Below are positions 48,513-60,331 of a stretch of 64,000 nt of DNA, piece after piece; the first letter of the stretch is position 1; every line of letters begins with the position of its first letter. The DNA is taken from contig CAZYOA010000004.1 in the NCBI GenBank assembly GCA_964648665.1, positions 52,894 to 116,893 on the forward strand, in the 5' to 3' direction. This DNA comes from an uncultured Planctomycetales bacterium (GTDB lineage Bacteria; Omnitrophota; Gorgyraeia; Zapsychrales; Aceulaceae). Below the pieces are notes generated by a model. That model did no database searches and was not told where the DNA came from. It saw only the letters and a list, made by a program, of their open reading frames with translations. A program made the translations under genes and the position numbers.

Positions 48513-51500
48513 GTAACAATTTTATGATGAAAAAACAAGGAATGTACGATCCTCGTTTCGAGCATGATAGCTGTGGTGTTGGCTTTGTGGTTAACATCAA
48601 AGGAAAAAGAAATCATGATATTATTCGAAATGGTATTAAAATTCTAGAAAATCTTACGCATCGTGGAGCCACAGGATCTGATCCTTTAACAGGAGATGGA
48701 GCCGGTATTTTAGTTCAAATTCCAGATGATTTTTTTAGGAAAGAATGTCCGAAGGTTAACATTAATCTTCCTGAAGAAGGAGGTTATGGCGCTGGTATTG
48801 TTTTTCTTCCAAAAGATTTAGAGGAGCGCAATCTTTGTGAGGAATGGCTTGAGCAAATTATTCATCAGGAGGGGCAGAAATTCTTAGGGTGGAGAAATGT
48901 TCCTTGTGATAATAGTAAAATTGGGCATGTTGCGCGATTAGCAGAGCCAGAATTTAAGCAGATTTTTATTGGCAGAGGTGATAATACAAAAGAAGAAGGT
49001 GCTTTTGAGCGTAAGCTTTATGTGATAAGAAAGTTGATTGAGAAGAAAGTCAGAGATTCTCAGATTCAGCAAAAACATTTTTTTTATGTCTGTAGTCTCT
49101 CTTCAAAAACGATTGTTTATAAGGGTCAGTTAATGGCTGAGCAGGTTAATGGATTTTATACAGATTTAGCAGATCCTTTATTTGTTTCTTGCTTGGCTAT
49201 GGTGCATTCTCGTTATAGTACAAATACATTTCCAACATGGGCGTTAGCTCATCCGTATCGCGTTATTGCACATAATGGTGAGATTAATACATTGCGTGGA
49301 AATATTAATTGGATGCATGCTCGAGAAATGCAGTTTATTAGTGAACTTTTTGGAGAAGAAGATACAAAGAAAATTTTACCAATTATTACACCTAATGCGA
49401 GTGATTCTGCAACGTTTGATAATGTTTTAGAAATGCTGACGCTGTGTGGGAGATCATTGCCGCACGCTGTTATGATGATGATTCCAGAGGCTTGGAGTGG
49501 GCATGAGAGTATGAGTGATAAAAAGAAAGCTTTTTATGAATATCATTCAAGTATTATGGAGCCATGGGATGGGCCGGCTTCGATTGGTTTTACTGATGGA
49601 AGATATGTTGGCGCTGTATTAGACAGAAACGGACTCCGTCCATCAAGATTTTTGCTTACAAAAGACGACATGATTATTATGGCTTCTGAAACAGGAGTTT
49701 TGCCTGTTAGTCCGGATAACGTTTTGAAAAAAGGACGTCTTCAGCCAGGGCGAATGTTCTTAGTTGATACTCAAGAGGGACGGATTATCGATGATGATGA
49801 ATTAAAAGATTTTTATGCGACACAAAATTTGTATGAAGAATGGATTAAAGAAAACTTAGTAGATTTAGAATCTCTTCCGAAACCGAGAGTGTCTCATCGT
49901 ACTGATGAAAAAACATTGCTAGAGAGACAAAGAGCGTTTGGCTATACCTTGGAAGATCTAAAAATTATTCTTTATCCTATGGTTGCCGACGGAAAAGAAG
50001 CAACGGGATCTATGGGAGAGGATACTCCTCTAGCTGTCTTATCAAGAAAGCCGCGACTTTTATATACATATTTTAAACAACTTTTTGCACAAGTTACAAA
50101 TCCTCCAGTTGATGCTATTCGTGAAGAAATTGTTATGGCTGAGGATGTTTTGCTTGGAGCAGAGCGAAATCTTCTTAAGGAAACTCCACAGCATATTCAG
50201 AGATTAAAATTAAAAAGACCAATTCTTGTTAATGATGATTTAGAGAAAATTCGTGAAATTAAGAAGCCAGGTCTTCAAAATGTGACATTGTCGATTTTGC
50301 TAGAAAGAAATAGTGGTCCAGAGAATATTGAAGAAGCATTAGAAAGTGTTTTTAAGAAAGCTGATGAATCTATTGAGCAGGGCAAAACGATTATTATTCT
50401 TTCAGATCGAGGTATTGATAAAAAGCATGTTGCTATGCCAGCGTTGTTGGCTTGCGCAGGACTTCATCATCATCTTATCCGCCGAGGAACGCGAACAAAG
50501 GTGAGTATTGTTTTAGAGACAGGTGAAGCTAGAGAAATGCATCATTTTGCAACATTGATTGGATATGGAGCAAATGCAATTAATCCTTATCTAGTTCTTG
50601 AAACTATTGAGTCAGAATTTAAAAAAGGATCTTATCCAAGTGATTTAATATTTGAAAAGATTCAAGAAAACTTTTTGTCATCAACGCGAAAAGGATTGTT
50701 TAAGGTTATTTCAAAAATGGGAATTTCAACGATTCAGTCGTATTGTGGAGCTCAAATTTTTGAATGTGTTGGATTAGGCAAAGAAATTGTTGATAACTAC
50801 TTTGAAGCAACACCATCTCGCATTGGCGGTATTGGTGTTGTAAAAGTTGCTGAAGAAATGTTTTTGCGACACGATGCTGCTTATCCAAAAGATCAAATGC
50901 AAGAGACTATGCTTGATGGTGGTGGAAGTTATGCCTGGCGAAAAGATAGCGAACATCATCAGCTAAGTCCAGAGGCGATTGCAATTTTACAGAATTCTGT
51001 TCGAACGGGTGATTATCAGATGTATAAGAAGTTTGCAGATATTGTAAATAATTATCAGACAAATCTTGCGACAATTCGAGGTCTTTTAAAATTTAAAAAG
51101 GGAAAATCAATTTCTATTGACGAAGTAGAGCCTGCTGTGGAGATTGTAAAACGATTTGCAACGGGTGCGATGAGTTATGGATCGATTTCAAGAGAAGCTC
51201 ATGAAACGCTTGCTATCGCGATGAATCGTTTAGGCGGTTTTTCAAATACAGGAGAGGGTGGCGAGGATCCGGAGCGTTTTAAGCCATTAGCTAATGGAGA
51301 TTCAAAGTGTAGTCGTATTAAGCAAGTTGCTCAGGGACGTTTTGGCGTTACGATTGAATATTTAGCGAATGCGGATCAACTTCAGATTAAAATGGCACAA
51401 GGAGCAAAGCCCGGCGAGGGAGGACAACTTCCAGGGCATAAAGTTAGCCAGGAAATTGCAAATATACGTCATACAACAAAAGGTGTTGGACTTATTTCTC

Positions 51501-53056
51501 CTCCACCTCATCATGATATTTATTCGATAGAAGATTTAGCGCAACTTATTCATGATTTAAAGAATTCAAATCCAAAGGCAGATGTTAGTGTAAAGCTTGT
51601 TTCGGAAATCGGTGTTGGTACGATTGCTGCTGGTGTTTCTAAGGGTAAGGCAGATCATCTTTTGATTAGTGGTTTTGGAGGAGGCACAGGTGCTTCTCCG
51701 CAGACTTCTATAAAACACGCAGGTCTTCCTTTAGAGTTGGGATTAGCTGAGACGCAGCAAGTTTTAGTGATGAATGATCTTAGAGGACGTATTCGCGTTC
51801 AGGCTGATGGACAAATGCGCACAGGTCGAGATGTTGCTATTGTTGCAATGTTAGGAGCTGATGAGGTTGGATTTGCAACAGTTGCTCTTGTGACGATGGG
51901 ATGCGTTATGTTACGTAAATGCCATTTGAATGCTTGCTCTGTTGGAATTGCAACTCAAGATCCTAATCTAAGAAAGAATTTTAGAGGAACGCCAGAGCAT
52001 GTTGTAAATTATTTTCTTTTTGTTGCTGAAGAATGTCGAGAGATTATGGCAGAACTTGGGTTTAAAACATTTAAAGAAATGATTGGTCGTGTCGATATGC
52101 TTGAAACGCAAGAGGTGGTTGATCATTGGAAGGCTGATGGATTAGATCTGACACATATTTTACACAAACCAGATGTGCCAAAAGATGTTATTACCTCTCA
52201 CCAAGGTGTTCAAGATCATGGGTTAGAAAAAGCATTAGATCAGAAAATAGTAAAGCTTGCAAAAAATGCTATCGAAAACAAACAAGCTATTAAGATTGAA
52301 TTACCAATTCAAAATATTAATCGAACTGTTGGAACAATTTTAAGTCATGAGATTGCAAAGCGATATGGGCTTGAAGGTCTTCCAGATAAAACAGTTCAAG
52401 TTCTTTTTAAAGGGTCTGCTGGTCAAAGTTTTGGTGCATTTTTATCAAAGGGAGTTAAGTTTGTTCTTGAAGGTGATGCTAATGATTATTTAGGTAAGGG
52501 TTTATCTGGTGGAAAAATTACAGTTATCCCTTCCCGGGAGGCAACTTTTGTTCCTGAAGAGAATATTATCGTTGGAAATGTTATTCTTTATGGTGCGATT
52601 GAAGGAGAGGTTTTTATTCGCGGACTTGCTGGTGAGCGATTTTGTGTTCGTAATAGTGGTGTGCATGCTGTTGTTGAAGGCATTGGTGATCATGGATGTG
52701 AATATATGACTGGTGGACGTGTTGTTGTTTTAGGTTTAACAGGAAGAAATTTTGCAGCTGGCATGAGTGGTGGAATTGCATATATTTTAGATAAAGAAAA
52801 AGTTTTTAGTCGACATTGTAATATGACGATGGTAGATTTGGAAGAAGTTGTAGAAAGCGAAGATGTTAAAGAGCTTAAAAGTTTAATTGAAAAACATCTC
52901 AAAGAAACAAAAAGTGGTGTTGCTAAAAATGTTCTAGATGCTTGGCCAGAAGTGTTAAAAGATTTTGTTAAGGTTTACCCAAAAGATTACAGGTGTGTTG
53001 TAGAAGAAGCTAAGGCGATAAAAAATCAGGAGCAAGAGGCAAAAAGTCATGGGTGA
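48509..53056 (+). CDS. gltB: Glutamate synthase large subunit
   Basis: EHDSCGVGF, HSRYSTNT, HNGEINT, EPWDGPA, QGAKPGEGGQLPG, CHLNACSVG. Confidence 0.98.
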   Translation: MSNNFMMKKQGMYDPRFEHDSCGVGFVVNIKGKRNHDIIRNGIKILENLTHRGATGSDPLTGDGAGILVQIPDDFFRKECPKVNINLPEEGGYGAGIVFLPKDLEERNLCEEWLEQIIHQEGQKFLGWRNVPCDNSKIGHVARLAEPEFKQIFIGRGDNTKEEGAFERKLYVIRKLIEKKVRDSQIQQKHFFYVCSLSSKTIVYKGQLMAEQVNGFYTDLADPLFVSCLAMVHSRYSTNTFPTWALAHPYRVIAHNGEINTLRGNINWMHAREMQFISELFGEEDTKKILPIITPNASDSATFDNVLEMLTLCGRSLPHAVMMMIPEAWSGHESMSDKKKAFYEYHSSIMEPWDGPASIGFTDGRYVGAVLDRNGLRPSRFLLTKDDMIIMASETGVLPVSPDNVLKKGRLQPGRMFLVDTQEGRIIDDDELKDFYATQNLYEEWIKENLVDLESLPKPRVSHRTDEKTLLERQRAFGYTLEDLKIILYPMVADGKEATGSMGEDTPLAVLSRKPRLLYTYFKQLFAQVTNPPVDAIREEIVMAEDVLLGAERNLLKETPQHIQRLKLKRPILVNDDLEKIREIKKPGLQNVTLSILLERNSGPENIEEALESVFKKADESIEQGKTIIILSDRGIDKKHVAMPALLACAGLHHHLIRRGTRTKVSIVLETGEAREMHHFATLIGYGANAINPYLVLETIESEFKKGSYPSDLIFEKIQENFLSSTRKGLFKVISKMGISTIQSYCGAQIFECVGLGKEIVDNYFEATPSRIGGIGVVKVAEEMFLRHDAAYPKDQMQETMLDGGGSYAWRKDSEHHQLSPEAIAILQNSVRTGDYQMYKKFADIVNNYQTNLATIRGLLKFKKGKSISIDEVEPAVEIVKRFATGAMSYGSISREAHETLAIAMNRLGGFSNTGEGGEDPERFKPLANGDSKCSRIKQVAQGRFGVTIEYLANADQLQIKMAQGAKPGEGGQLPGHKVSQEIANIRHTTKGVGLISPPPHHDIYSIEDLAQLIHDLKNSNPKADVSVKLVSEIGVGTIAAGVSKGKADHLLISGFGGGTGASPQTSIKHAGLPLELGLAETQQVLVMNDLRGRIRVQADGQMRTGRDVAIVAMLGADEVGFATVALVTMGCVMLRKCHLNACSVGIATQDPNLRKNFRGTPEHVVNYFLFVAEECREIMAELGFKTFKEMIGRVDMLETQEVVDHWKADGLDLTHILHKPDVPKDVITSHQGVQDHGLEKALDQKIVKLAKNAIENKQAIKIELPIQNINRTVGTILSHEIAKRYGLEGLPDKTVQVLFKGSAGQSFGAFLSKGVKFVLEGDANDYLGKGLSGGKITVIPSREATFVPEENIIVGNVILYGAIEGEVFIRGLAGERFCVRNSGVHAVVEGIGDHGCEYMTGGRVVVLGLTGRNFAAGMSGGIAYILDKEKVFSRHCNMTMVDLEEVVESEDVKELKSLIEKHLKETKSGVAKNVLDAWPEVLKDFVKVYPKDYRCVVEEAKAIKNQEQEAKSHG

Positions 53057-54476
53057 AGTAAAAGGATTTTTAAAATACGATAGAGAGCACTTTGAAAAGC
53101 AATCTATTGCTGAACGTCTTAAGCATTGGAATGAATTTTATATTTATCCTGAAGAAAGCTTTTTAAAACAGCAAGGCGCACGATGTATGGATTGCGGAAT
53201 TCCTTTTTGTCAGTGGGGCTGTCCGATTGGAAATATTATTCCGGATTGGAATGATCTTGTTTATAAAGATCGATGGCAAGAAGCTTTTGAGCGATTACAG
53301 AAAACAAATAATTTTCCAGAGTTTACTGGGCGTGTTTGCCCGGCGCCATGCGAGAATTCTTGTGTTCTAGGCATCACAGATCCTGCGGTAACAATTAAGA
53401 ATATTGAGCTTTCTATTGTTGAAAAAGCATATAAAGAGAATTGGATTAAGCCGCGTGCGCCAAAAGTGCGTAGCGGTAAGAAAGTTGCCGTTGTTGGTTC
53501 TGGTCCGGCGGGGCTTGCATGTGCTGATCAGCTTAATCAAATGGGTCACAACGTTGTTGTTTACGAGAAGAATGAAGTTGTGGGCGGACTTTTAGCTTTA
53601 GGCATTCCAGATTTTAAATTGGAAAAAAAGATTATTGAAAGACGAGTTGAGCGCATGAAAAAAGAGGGTGTTCAATTTAAAATAAATGTTAATGTTGGTG
53701 TTGATGTTGATCGCAAAGAGCTTCAAAAGAAGCATGATGCGATTGTTTTATCTGGTGGAGCCGAGAATCCGAGAGATCTCAGTGTTGAAGGACGTGATTT
53801 AAAAGGCGTTTATTTTGCAATGGAGTTTCTAGCACAGCAAAATCGTGTGAATAGAGGCGTTAAGGTTGATGAAGGTGATCGTATTAATGCTGCGGGTCAG
53901 AATGTTGTTGTTTTAGGTGGAGGAGACACGGGAGCTGATTGTGTGGGAACATCAAATCGACAAGGAGCGTCATCTGTAAAACAATTTGAACTTCTACCAG
54001 ATTTGCCAAAAGAAAGAACGCAAGATAACCCTTGGCCTTATTGGGCATTTATTAAAAGAGTGTCGACTTCGCATGAAGAGGGCGTTGAGCAGGATTATTG
54101 TGTAATGACTAAGAAATTTAGTGGGGAAAATGGTGTTTTAAAAAATCTTCATGCGGTTCGTGTTGAATTTGGAGATAAAGATCCTGACACAGGCAGATGT
54201 CCTATGAAGGAAGTGCCAGGATCAGAGTTTACTGTATCTGTTGATAGGGTATTTTTAGCAATGGGGTTCTTAGGGCCTCAAAAAATAGGACTTTTGGAAA
54301 ACTTTGGCGTCGACCTTGATCTTAGGGGAAATGTTAAGACAGATGATCAAGGCATGACTAGCGTCTCTGGAATATTTGCTGCAGGGGATATGCGTCGTGG
54401 TCAATCTTTGGTTGTTTGGGCTATTTATGAAGGACGAACAACAGCGCAAAATGTTCATCAATATTTAGCAAAATAA
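53049..54476 (+). CDS. gltD: Glutamate synthase small subunit
   Basis: RCMDCGIPFC, GRVCPAPCE, GSGPAG, GGGDTG, GDMRRGQSLVVWAI. Confidence 0.97.
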   Translation: MGEVKGFLKYDREHFEKQSIAERLKHWNEFYIYPEESFLKQQGARCMDCGIPFCQWGCPIGNIIPDWNDLVYKDRWQEAFERLQKTNNFPEFTGRVCPAPCENSCVLGITDPAVTIKNIELSIVEKAYKENWIKPRAPKVRSGKKVAVVGSGPAGLACADQLNQMGHNVVVYEKNEVVGGLLALGIPDFKLEKKIIERRVERMKKEGVQFKINVNVGVDVDRKELQKKHDAIVLSGGAENPRDLSVEGRDLKGVYFAMEFLAQQNRVNRGVKVDEGDRINAAGQNVVVLGGGDTGADCVGTSNRQGASSVKQFELLPDLPKERTQDNPWPYWAFIKRVSTSHEEGVEQDYCVMTKKFSGENGVLKNLHAVRVEFGDKDPDTGRCPMKEVPGSEFTVSVDRVFLAMGFLGPQKIGLLENFGVDLDLRGNVKTDDQGMTSVSGIFAAGDMRRGQSLVVWAIYEGRTTAQNVHQYLAK

Positions 54477-54500
54477 TGGGTTTGTAGACCATTATATTTC

Positions 54501-54528
54501 TTGACGGATACCTGATTAATGGTATTAT
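54501..54528 (+). promoter_or_regulatory. Sigma70 promoter for carAB-purF-pyrG
   Basis: TTGACG-16 bp-TATTAT with a TGn extension. Confidence 0.6.
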
Positions 54529-54587
54529 TATGTCTAAGTTTTAAAATAACTTTTCTTTAACACTCATCTTTTAAGTTGTAATCTTAC

Positions 54588-55685
54588 ATGAAAAAAGCAA
54601 TAGTATATTTGGAAGACGGAACGATTTTTGAAGGTCGATCTATCTTCTCCTGTGGAGAGAGTGCAGGTGAGATGGTTTTTAATACTTCTATGAGCGGTTA
54701 TCAAGAAATTTTAACCGATCCTTCCTATGCTGGTCAAATTGTCACCATGACATATCCATTAATCGGAAATTATGGGGTCAATGAAGATGATGTTGAATCA
54801 AACAAGATTCACGTTAAAGGTTTTATTGTTAAAGAGTTTGCCCGTCGATTTTCTAATTTTCGTGCTACAAAATGTTTGATGGAGTATTTAAAAGAAAATA
54901 ATATCATAGCCATTGAGAATGTTGATACGAGAGCGCTTACAAAGCATTTGCGTGTCCGTGGAGCTATGAAAGGTATTATTTCAACTGAAGATTTTGATCC
55001 TAAAAGTTTGGCTGAAAAGATTAAAAAAGTTCCAGATATGGAAGGTAGCGATTGGGTTAAGGAGGTTACGACAAAAGAAAAGTATATTTGGAATAAGGGA
55101 GAAACTTGTGATCTTAAGGTTGCGGTTATTGATTGTGGTGTTAAATTTAATATTTTAAGAATCCTTGCTGAGCTTGGTTGCGAAGTTCATGTCTTTCCGT
55201 CTACGGTTACAGCTGAAGAAATTCAAGCTATTAATCCAGGCGGACTTTTTGTTTCTAACGGCCCAGGAGATCCTGCGGCCGTTTCTTATGTTGTCGAGAC
55301 GGTGAAAAAGTTTTTAGGAAAGCTTCCAATATTTGGCATTTGTTTGGGAAACCAGATTTTAGGATTGGCTTTGGGTGGAAAAACATACAAGCTAAAGTTT
55401 GGACATAGAGGAGCAAATCATCCTGTTAAAGATTTACAAGAAAATAAAATTTCAATTACATCTCAAAATCATGGTTTTTGTGTGGACATGGAAAGCTTGA
55501 ATGCCGACGATGTTGAAGTTACACATATTAATTTAAATGATAAAACGGTTGAAGGGATTGCACATAAAAAGTATCCGCTTTTTTCTGTTCAGTATCATCC
55601 AGAGGCTTCTCCTGGTCCTCATGATGCCCGATACTTATTTGATAGATTTATTAAAATGATGAAGGATTTTCATGCCAAAGCGTAA
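54588..55685 (+). CDS. carA: Carbamoyl-phosphate synthase small chain
   Basis: [34 protein letters not shown]. Confidence 0.98.
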   Translation: MKKAIVYLEDGTIFEGRSIFSCGESAGEMVFNTSMSGYQEILTDPSYAGQIVTMTYPLIGNYGVNEDDVESNKIHVKGFIVKEFARRFSNFRATKCLMEYLKENNIIAIENVDTRALTKHLRVRGAMKGIISTEDFDPKSLAEKIKKVPDMEGSDWVKEVTTKEKYIWNKGETCDLKVAVIDCGVKFNILRILAELGCEVHVFPSTVTAEEIQAINPGGLFVSNGPGDPAAVSYVVETVKKFLGKLPIFGICLGNQILGLALGGKTYKLKFGHRGANHPVKDLQENKISITSQNHGFCVDMESLNADDVEVTHINLNDKTVEGIAHKKYPLFSVQYHPEASPGPHDARYLFDRFIKMMKDFHAKA

Positions 55686-58600
55686 TGATATAAAAAAGAT
55701 TTTGTTGATTGGTTCGGGTCCAATTATTATTGGACAAGCGTGTGAATTTGATTATTCAGGAACACAGGCTTGCAAGGCGCTGAAAGAAGAGGGCTATGAA
55801 GTTGTGTTGATTAATTCAAATCCAGCGACGATTATGACTGATCCTGAGATTTCGGATGCGACATATGTCGAGCCTTTGACCCTTGAGTTTGTTGAACGTG
55901 TCATTGAAAAAGAAAGACCGGATGCACTTTTGCCAACGCTGGGAGGACAAACAGGGTTGAATCTGGCGATGAAAGCTTCTGAAAAAGGTATTTTAGAAAA
56001 ATATAATGTTGAATTGATTGGGGCACCTTATGATGTTATTAAGAAAGCAGAAGATCGAGAGTGTTTTAAAGAAGCTGTATTGAAAGTTGGTCTTGAAGTG
56101 CCAAGAAGTGCTTTTGCTCATACAATGGATGAAGCTCGCAAATCTGCAAAGAAAATAGGATTTCCTTTGATTGTTCGACCAAGCTATACCTTGGGCGGAA
56201 CGGGGGGAGGACTTGTTTACAACAAAGAAGATCTTGAGAAAACAGCTTTCTTAGGCCTTGAAAGTAGTATGAATAATGAGGTTTTGATTGAAGAGTCAAT
56301 TGAAGGATGGAAAGAGTATGAGCTTGAAGTTATGCGAGACTGCAAAGATAATGTTGTTATTATTTGCTCTATTGAAAATATTGACGCCTTAGGTGTTCAT
56401 ACAGGAGATAGCATTACCGTGGCTCCGGCTCAGACTTTATCTGACAAAGAATATCAAAGAATGCGTAATCAAACGCTTGCATTGATTCGTGAAATTGGCG
56501 TGGAAACAGGTGGATGCAATGTTCAGTTTGCTGTGGACCCCGCAAACGGCCGCATTGTTGTTATTGAGGTTAATCCTCGTGTGTCTCGAAGCTCTGCCTT
56601 AGCATCAAAAGCAACAGGATTTCCAATCGCGAAATTTGCAGCTAAGCTGGCTGTTGGATATTCTTTAGATGAGATTCAAAACGATATTACAAGAGAAACA
56701 CCTGCTTCATTTGAACCTACCATTGATTATTGTGTAACCAAAATTCCAAGATTTACATTTGAGAAATTCCCTGAGGCTGGGGATGCCCTTGGTGTTTCGA
56801 TGAAGTCTGTTGGCGAGACGATGGCTATTGGACGGACATTTAAAGAGTCTTTGCAAAAAGGATTGCGCGGTCTTGAGATAGGTCATATTGGGCTTGATAA
56901 TAAGTTAAACTTTGAAGATATTTCTGATGAAAAAATTATTCAAAGATTAAAGGTGGCAAATGCGTCTCGAATTTTTTACATTAAATATGCGTTTCAAAAA
57001 GGAATGAGTGTTGAAGAAATCTTTGAAATGACAAAAATTGATCCATGGTTTCTTTCAAATATTTCTGAATTAGTTGAGTTTGAAAATAATCTTAAGAGCG
57101 AAGCGATTAATAATAAAGAAATCAGTGAAGAATCTTTAAAACAAGCTAAGCAGTGGGGATTTAGCGATGCGCAGTTAGCCCAAATTTTTTCAATAACAGA
57201 AAAAGAAATGCGTACATTTAGAAAAGAAAAAGGTATTTGTGTGGTCTTTAAGCTAGTTGATACCTGTGCTGCTGAATTTGAAGCGTATACACCATATTAT
57301 TATTCGACTTATGAAGATCAGGCAGAAAGTAAAGTCGAAGATTCAAAGGAAAATAAAAAGAAAAAGATTATGATTTTAGGTGGCGGTCCGAATCGAATTG
57401 GACAAGGCATTGAATTTGACTATTGTTGTTGCCATGCGTCATTTGCTTTAAAAGATATAGGTTGTGAAACAATTATGGTTAATTCAAATCCGGAGACGGT
57501 TTCAACGGATTACGATACTTCAGATCGTCTTTATTTTGAACCGTTAACGTTTGAAGATGTAATGAATATCGTTGAAGTAGAAAAACCTGATGGCGTGATT
57601 GTTCAATTTGGCGGACAAACTCCTCTTAATCTTGCACATGCTTTAGATGAGGCTGGCGTACCAATTATTGGAACTACAGTAGAGTCGATTGATCTTGCGG
57701 AAAATAGAGAAAAGTTTTCAGAATTTATTTCTAAGCTTGGACTTTCTCAGCCAGAGAATGGATCAGCTTTTTCTGCTGATCAAGCCATCGAGATTGCACA
57801 AAGAATTGGTTATCCGGTTTTAGCTAGACCGTCATATGTTTTAGGCGGCAGAGCTATGAAAATTGTTTATGACAAGAAATCTCTTTTAGAATTTATTGAA
57901 GAAGCTAAAGATGTTTCGCAAGGACATCCAATTCTTATTGATAAGTTTATTGAGGATGCGATTGAAGTTGATGTTGATGGAATTTCTGACGGAGAAGATG
58001 CTGTTGTTGCCGGGATGATGGAGCATATTGAGAATGCGGGTATTCATTCAGGTGATTCGGCGTGTGTTTTGCCACCTCATACATTGAGCCCTAGATTGAT
58101 TGAACAAATTAGAAAAAATACATGTGATATTGCAAAAGGATTAGGCGTTGTTGGTCTTTTAAATATTCAGTTTGCTATTAAAGGTGACATTATTTATGTT
58201 CTAGAAGTTAATCCTAGAGCGTCTCGAACAGTTCCTTTTGTTAGTAAGGCAACGGGTGTTCCTTTAGCAAAAATTGCTTCGCAGATTATGGTGGGTAAAA
58301 AAATATCTGAATTTAAATTTGTTGATATTGAAAGTCTTGAATATATTTCAGTTAAAGAATCTGTTTTACCTTTTTCGCGTTTTTCTGGAGTCGATATTGT
58401 TCTTGGTCCCGAGATGAAATCAACTGGAGAGGTTATGGGAATTGATAGTACCTTTGGCGCCGCGTTTGCTAAAGCACAGGCTGCTGCTGGTCAATCTTTA
58501 CCTCAGGATGGAAAAATTTTCTTAAGTGTTAATGATTGCGATAAACGTAACATTGCGTTTTTAGCTAAGAAGCTTGTAGATATGAATTTTGATCTTCTTT

Positions 58601-58911
58601 CAACCAAGGGAACAGCTCGCGTGCTTAAAAAAAGCGGTATTGATGTTCAATCTATTGGTAAGGTTGGCGAAGAAAAGAATAATTTGCTTAATTCAATTAA
58701 GAAAAATAAGATTAATTTGGTTATCAACACGCCATCTGGAAAGCGAAGCCAATCAGATATGAGAGCGATTCGGGCAGCTGCAATTTTGCACAATGTTCCG
58801 TGCATTACGACGATCCAGGGTGCATGGGCTGCAATTAATGGTATTGAATCTAGTAAAGAAAAAGTTTTTTCTGTTAAATCATTGCAAGAATACTATAAGA
58901 AGGAAGTTTAA
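55672..58911 (+). CDS. carB: Carbamoyl-phosphate synthase large chain
   Basis: [32 protein letters not shown], duplicated ATP-grasp, MGS domain. Confidence 0.98.
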   Translation: MPKRNDIKKILLIGSGPIIIGQACEFDYSGTQACKALKEEGYEVVLINSNPATIMTDPEISDATYVEPLTLEFVERVIEKERPDALLPTLGGQTGLNLAMKASEKGILEKYNVELIGAPYDVIKKAEDRECFKEAVLKVGLEVPRSAFAHTMDEARKSAKKIGFPLIVRPSYTLGGTGGGLVYNKEDLEKTAFLGLESSMNNEVLIEESIEGWKEYELEVMRDCKDNVVIICSIENIDALGVHTGDSITVAPAQTLSDKEYQRMRNQTLALIREIGVETGGCNVQFAVDPANGRIVVIEVNPRVSRSSALASKATGFPIAKFAAKLAVGYSLDEIQNDITRETPASFEPTIDYCVTKIPRFTFEKFPEAGDALGVSMKSVGETMAIGRTFKESLQKGLRGLEIGHIGLDNKLNFEDISDEKIIQRLKVANASRIFYIKYAFQKGMSVEEIFEMTKIDPWFLSNISELVEFENNLKSEAINNKEISEESLKQAKQWGFSDAQLAQIFSITEKEMRTFRKEKGICVVFKLVDTCAAEFEAYTPYYYSTYEDQAESKVEDSKENKKKKIMILGGGPNRIGQGIEFDYCCCHASFALKDIGCETIMVNSNPETVSTDYDTSDRLYFEPLTFEDVMNIVEVEKPDGVIVQFGGQTPLNLAHALDEAGVPIIGTTVESIDLAENREKFSEFISKLGLSQPENGSAFSADQAIEIAQRIGYPVLARPSYVLGGRAMKIVYDKKSLLEFIEEAKDVSQGHPILIDKFIEDAIEVDVDGISDGEDAVVAGMMEHIENAGIHSGDSACVLPPHTLSPRLIEQIRKNTCDIAKGLGVVGLLNIQFAIKGDIIYVLEVNPRASRTVPFVSKATGVPLAKIASQIMVGKKISEFKFVDIESLEYISVKESVLPFSRFSGVDIVLGPEMKSTGEVMGIDSTFGAAFAKAQAAAGQSLPQDGKIFLSVNDCDKRNIAFLAKKLVDMNFDLLSTKGTARVLKKSGIDVQSIGKVGEEKNNLLNSIKKNKINLVINTPSGKRSQSDMRAIRAAAILHNVPCITTIQGAWAAINGIESSKEKVFSVKSLQEYYKKEV

Positions 58912-58913
58912 CT

Positions 58914-60287
58914 GTGTGTGGAGTCGTTGGAGTCTCAAATCATAGCGAAGCAGCAAAGATAGTTTTCTTGAGCTTATATGCATTACAGCATAGAGGAGAA
59001 GAATCTTGCGGTATTGTTTCTTTTGATGGAAAAAAAGTTCATATGCAAAAAGCAAGAGGCTTGGTGGCTGATTGCTTTAATGAGAACATTGTTGAAGGTC
59101 TTAAAGGAAGCTTTGCGATAGGCCATACGCGATATTCAACAACAGGATCAAGCAATGCAAAAAATATTCAACCATTTTTAGCGACACACAAAAATAGACC
59201 AATTGTTATTGCGCATAATGGAAATTTAACAAATACAGAAGATCTCTGTGATGAACTTGAAGAACAAGGTTCTATTTTTCAGACGACAATGGATTCTGAG
59301 GTTATTGTTCATCTTTTGGCTAAAACAAGAAACGGTGATATCAAAACTTGGATCAAGCAGGCGTTGATGCGCTTGAAGGGAGCTTTTTCTCTTGTTTTTA
59401 TGATTGGCGATGTTTTAGTTGGAGCGCGGGATCCTTTTGGATTTCGACCTTTATGTTTGGGAAAAAAAGATGATGCGTATATTTTGGTTAGCGAGACGTG
59501 TGCTTTGGATTTGATTGGTGCTGAGCTTGTTCGTGAGATTGAACCTGGAGAAATTATTCTTATAAAAGATGGCAAGATCGAGAGTGCTTATTTGGAAAAG
59601 AAAGAAAAGAAAGCGCATTGTATTTTTGAAAATATTTATTTTGCTCGCCCAGACAGTCATATCTTCGATGATAATGTTTATTTGGTGCGAAAACGCTTAG
59701 GTCGTCAGCTTGCCAAGGAGTATCCAGTTGATGCCGATTTTGTTATGGCGATTCCGGATTCTGGAAGTTATGCAACGGTTGGGTATGCAGAACAATCTGG
59801 TCTTCCTTTAGAGATCGGCATGATTCGAAATCATTATATTGGTCGAACGTTTATTCAGCCAAGTCAATTTTTGCGAGAATTTAGAGTGCGTGTGAAGCTA
59901 AATCCAATTCGAGATGTTTTAAAAGGAAAGCGCGTTGTTGTCGTGGAAGATTCTATTGTGCGCGGCACAACAAGTCGAAGTCGAGTTGAAGAACTTAGGC
60001 GTGCGGGAGCTAAAGAAATTCATTTTAGAGTGACATGTCCACCTATTACATTTCCTTGTTTTTATGGGATCGATTTCCCAACTAAGGAAGAATTGATTGC
60101 ATCTAATAAAAGTATTCAAGAAATTGCTGATTTTATCAAAGCCGATTCTTTGGAATATCTAAGTCTCGACGGTATGTTAAATGTTATGAAAGATTCTAAT
60201 GCATTTTGTCATGCGTGTTTTGATGGAAAATATTCGGAGCAGATTTCAAAGAATCAAAGTAAATACTTGCTTGAAAAAAGTTGTTAA
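58914..60287 (+). CDS. purF: Amidophosphoribosyltransferase
   Basis: N-terminal (M)CGVVG, LQHRG, GHTRYST, HNGNL, FENIYFARPDS, DSIVRGTT. Confidence 0.97.
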   Translation: MCGVVGVSNHSEAAKIVFLSLYALQHRGEESCGIVSFDGKKVHMQKARGLVADCFNENIVEGLKGSFAIGHTRYSTTGSSNAKNIQPFLATHKNRPIVIAHNGNLTNTEDLCDELEEQGSIFQTTMDSEVIVHLLAKTRNGDIKTWIKQALMRLKGAFSLVFMIGDVLVGARDPFGFRPLCLGKKDDAYILVSETCALDLIGAELVREIEPGEIILIKDGKIESAYLEKKEKKAHCIFENIYFARPDSHIFDDNVYLVRKRLGRQLAKEYPVDADFVMAIPDSGSYATVGYAEQSGLPLEIGMIRNHYIGRTFIQPSQFLREFRVRVKLNPIRDVLKGKRVVVVEDSIVRGTTSRSRVEELRRAGAKEIHFRVTCPPITFPCFYGIDFPTKEELIASNKSIQEIADFIKADSLEYLSLDGMLNVMKDSNAFCHACFDGKYSEQISKNQSKYLLEKSC

Positions 60288-60331
60288 GATTTTAACGTAT
60301 AGCTTAAAAGTTTCAATGATAGGAATCATCT

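Noticed and set aside
859-60119. Numerous 60-140 aa antisense or out-of-frame ORFs in the track (e.g. 1210-1518, 14687-15046, 25840-26256, 39592-40005)
   Set aside because: They overlap well-supported genes, lack recognisable motifs, and look like shadow ORFs.
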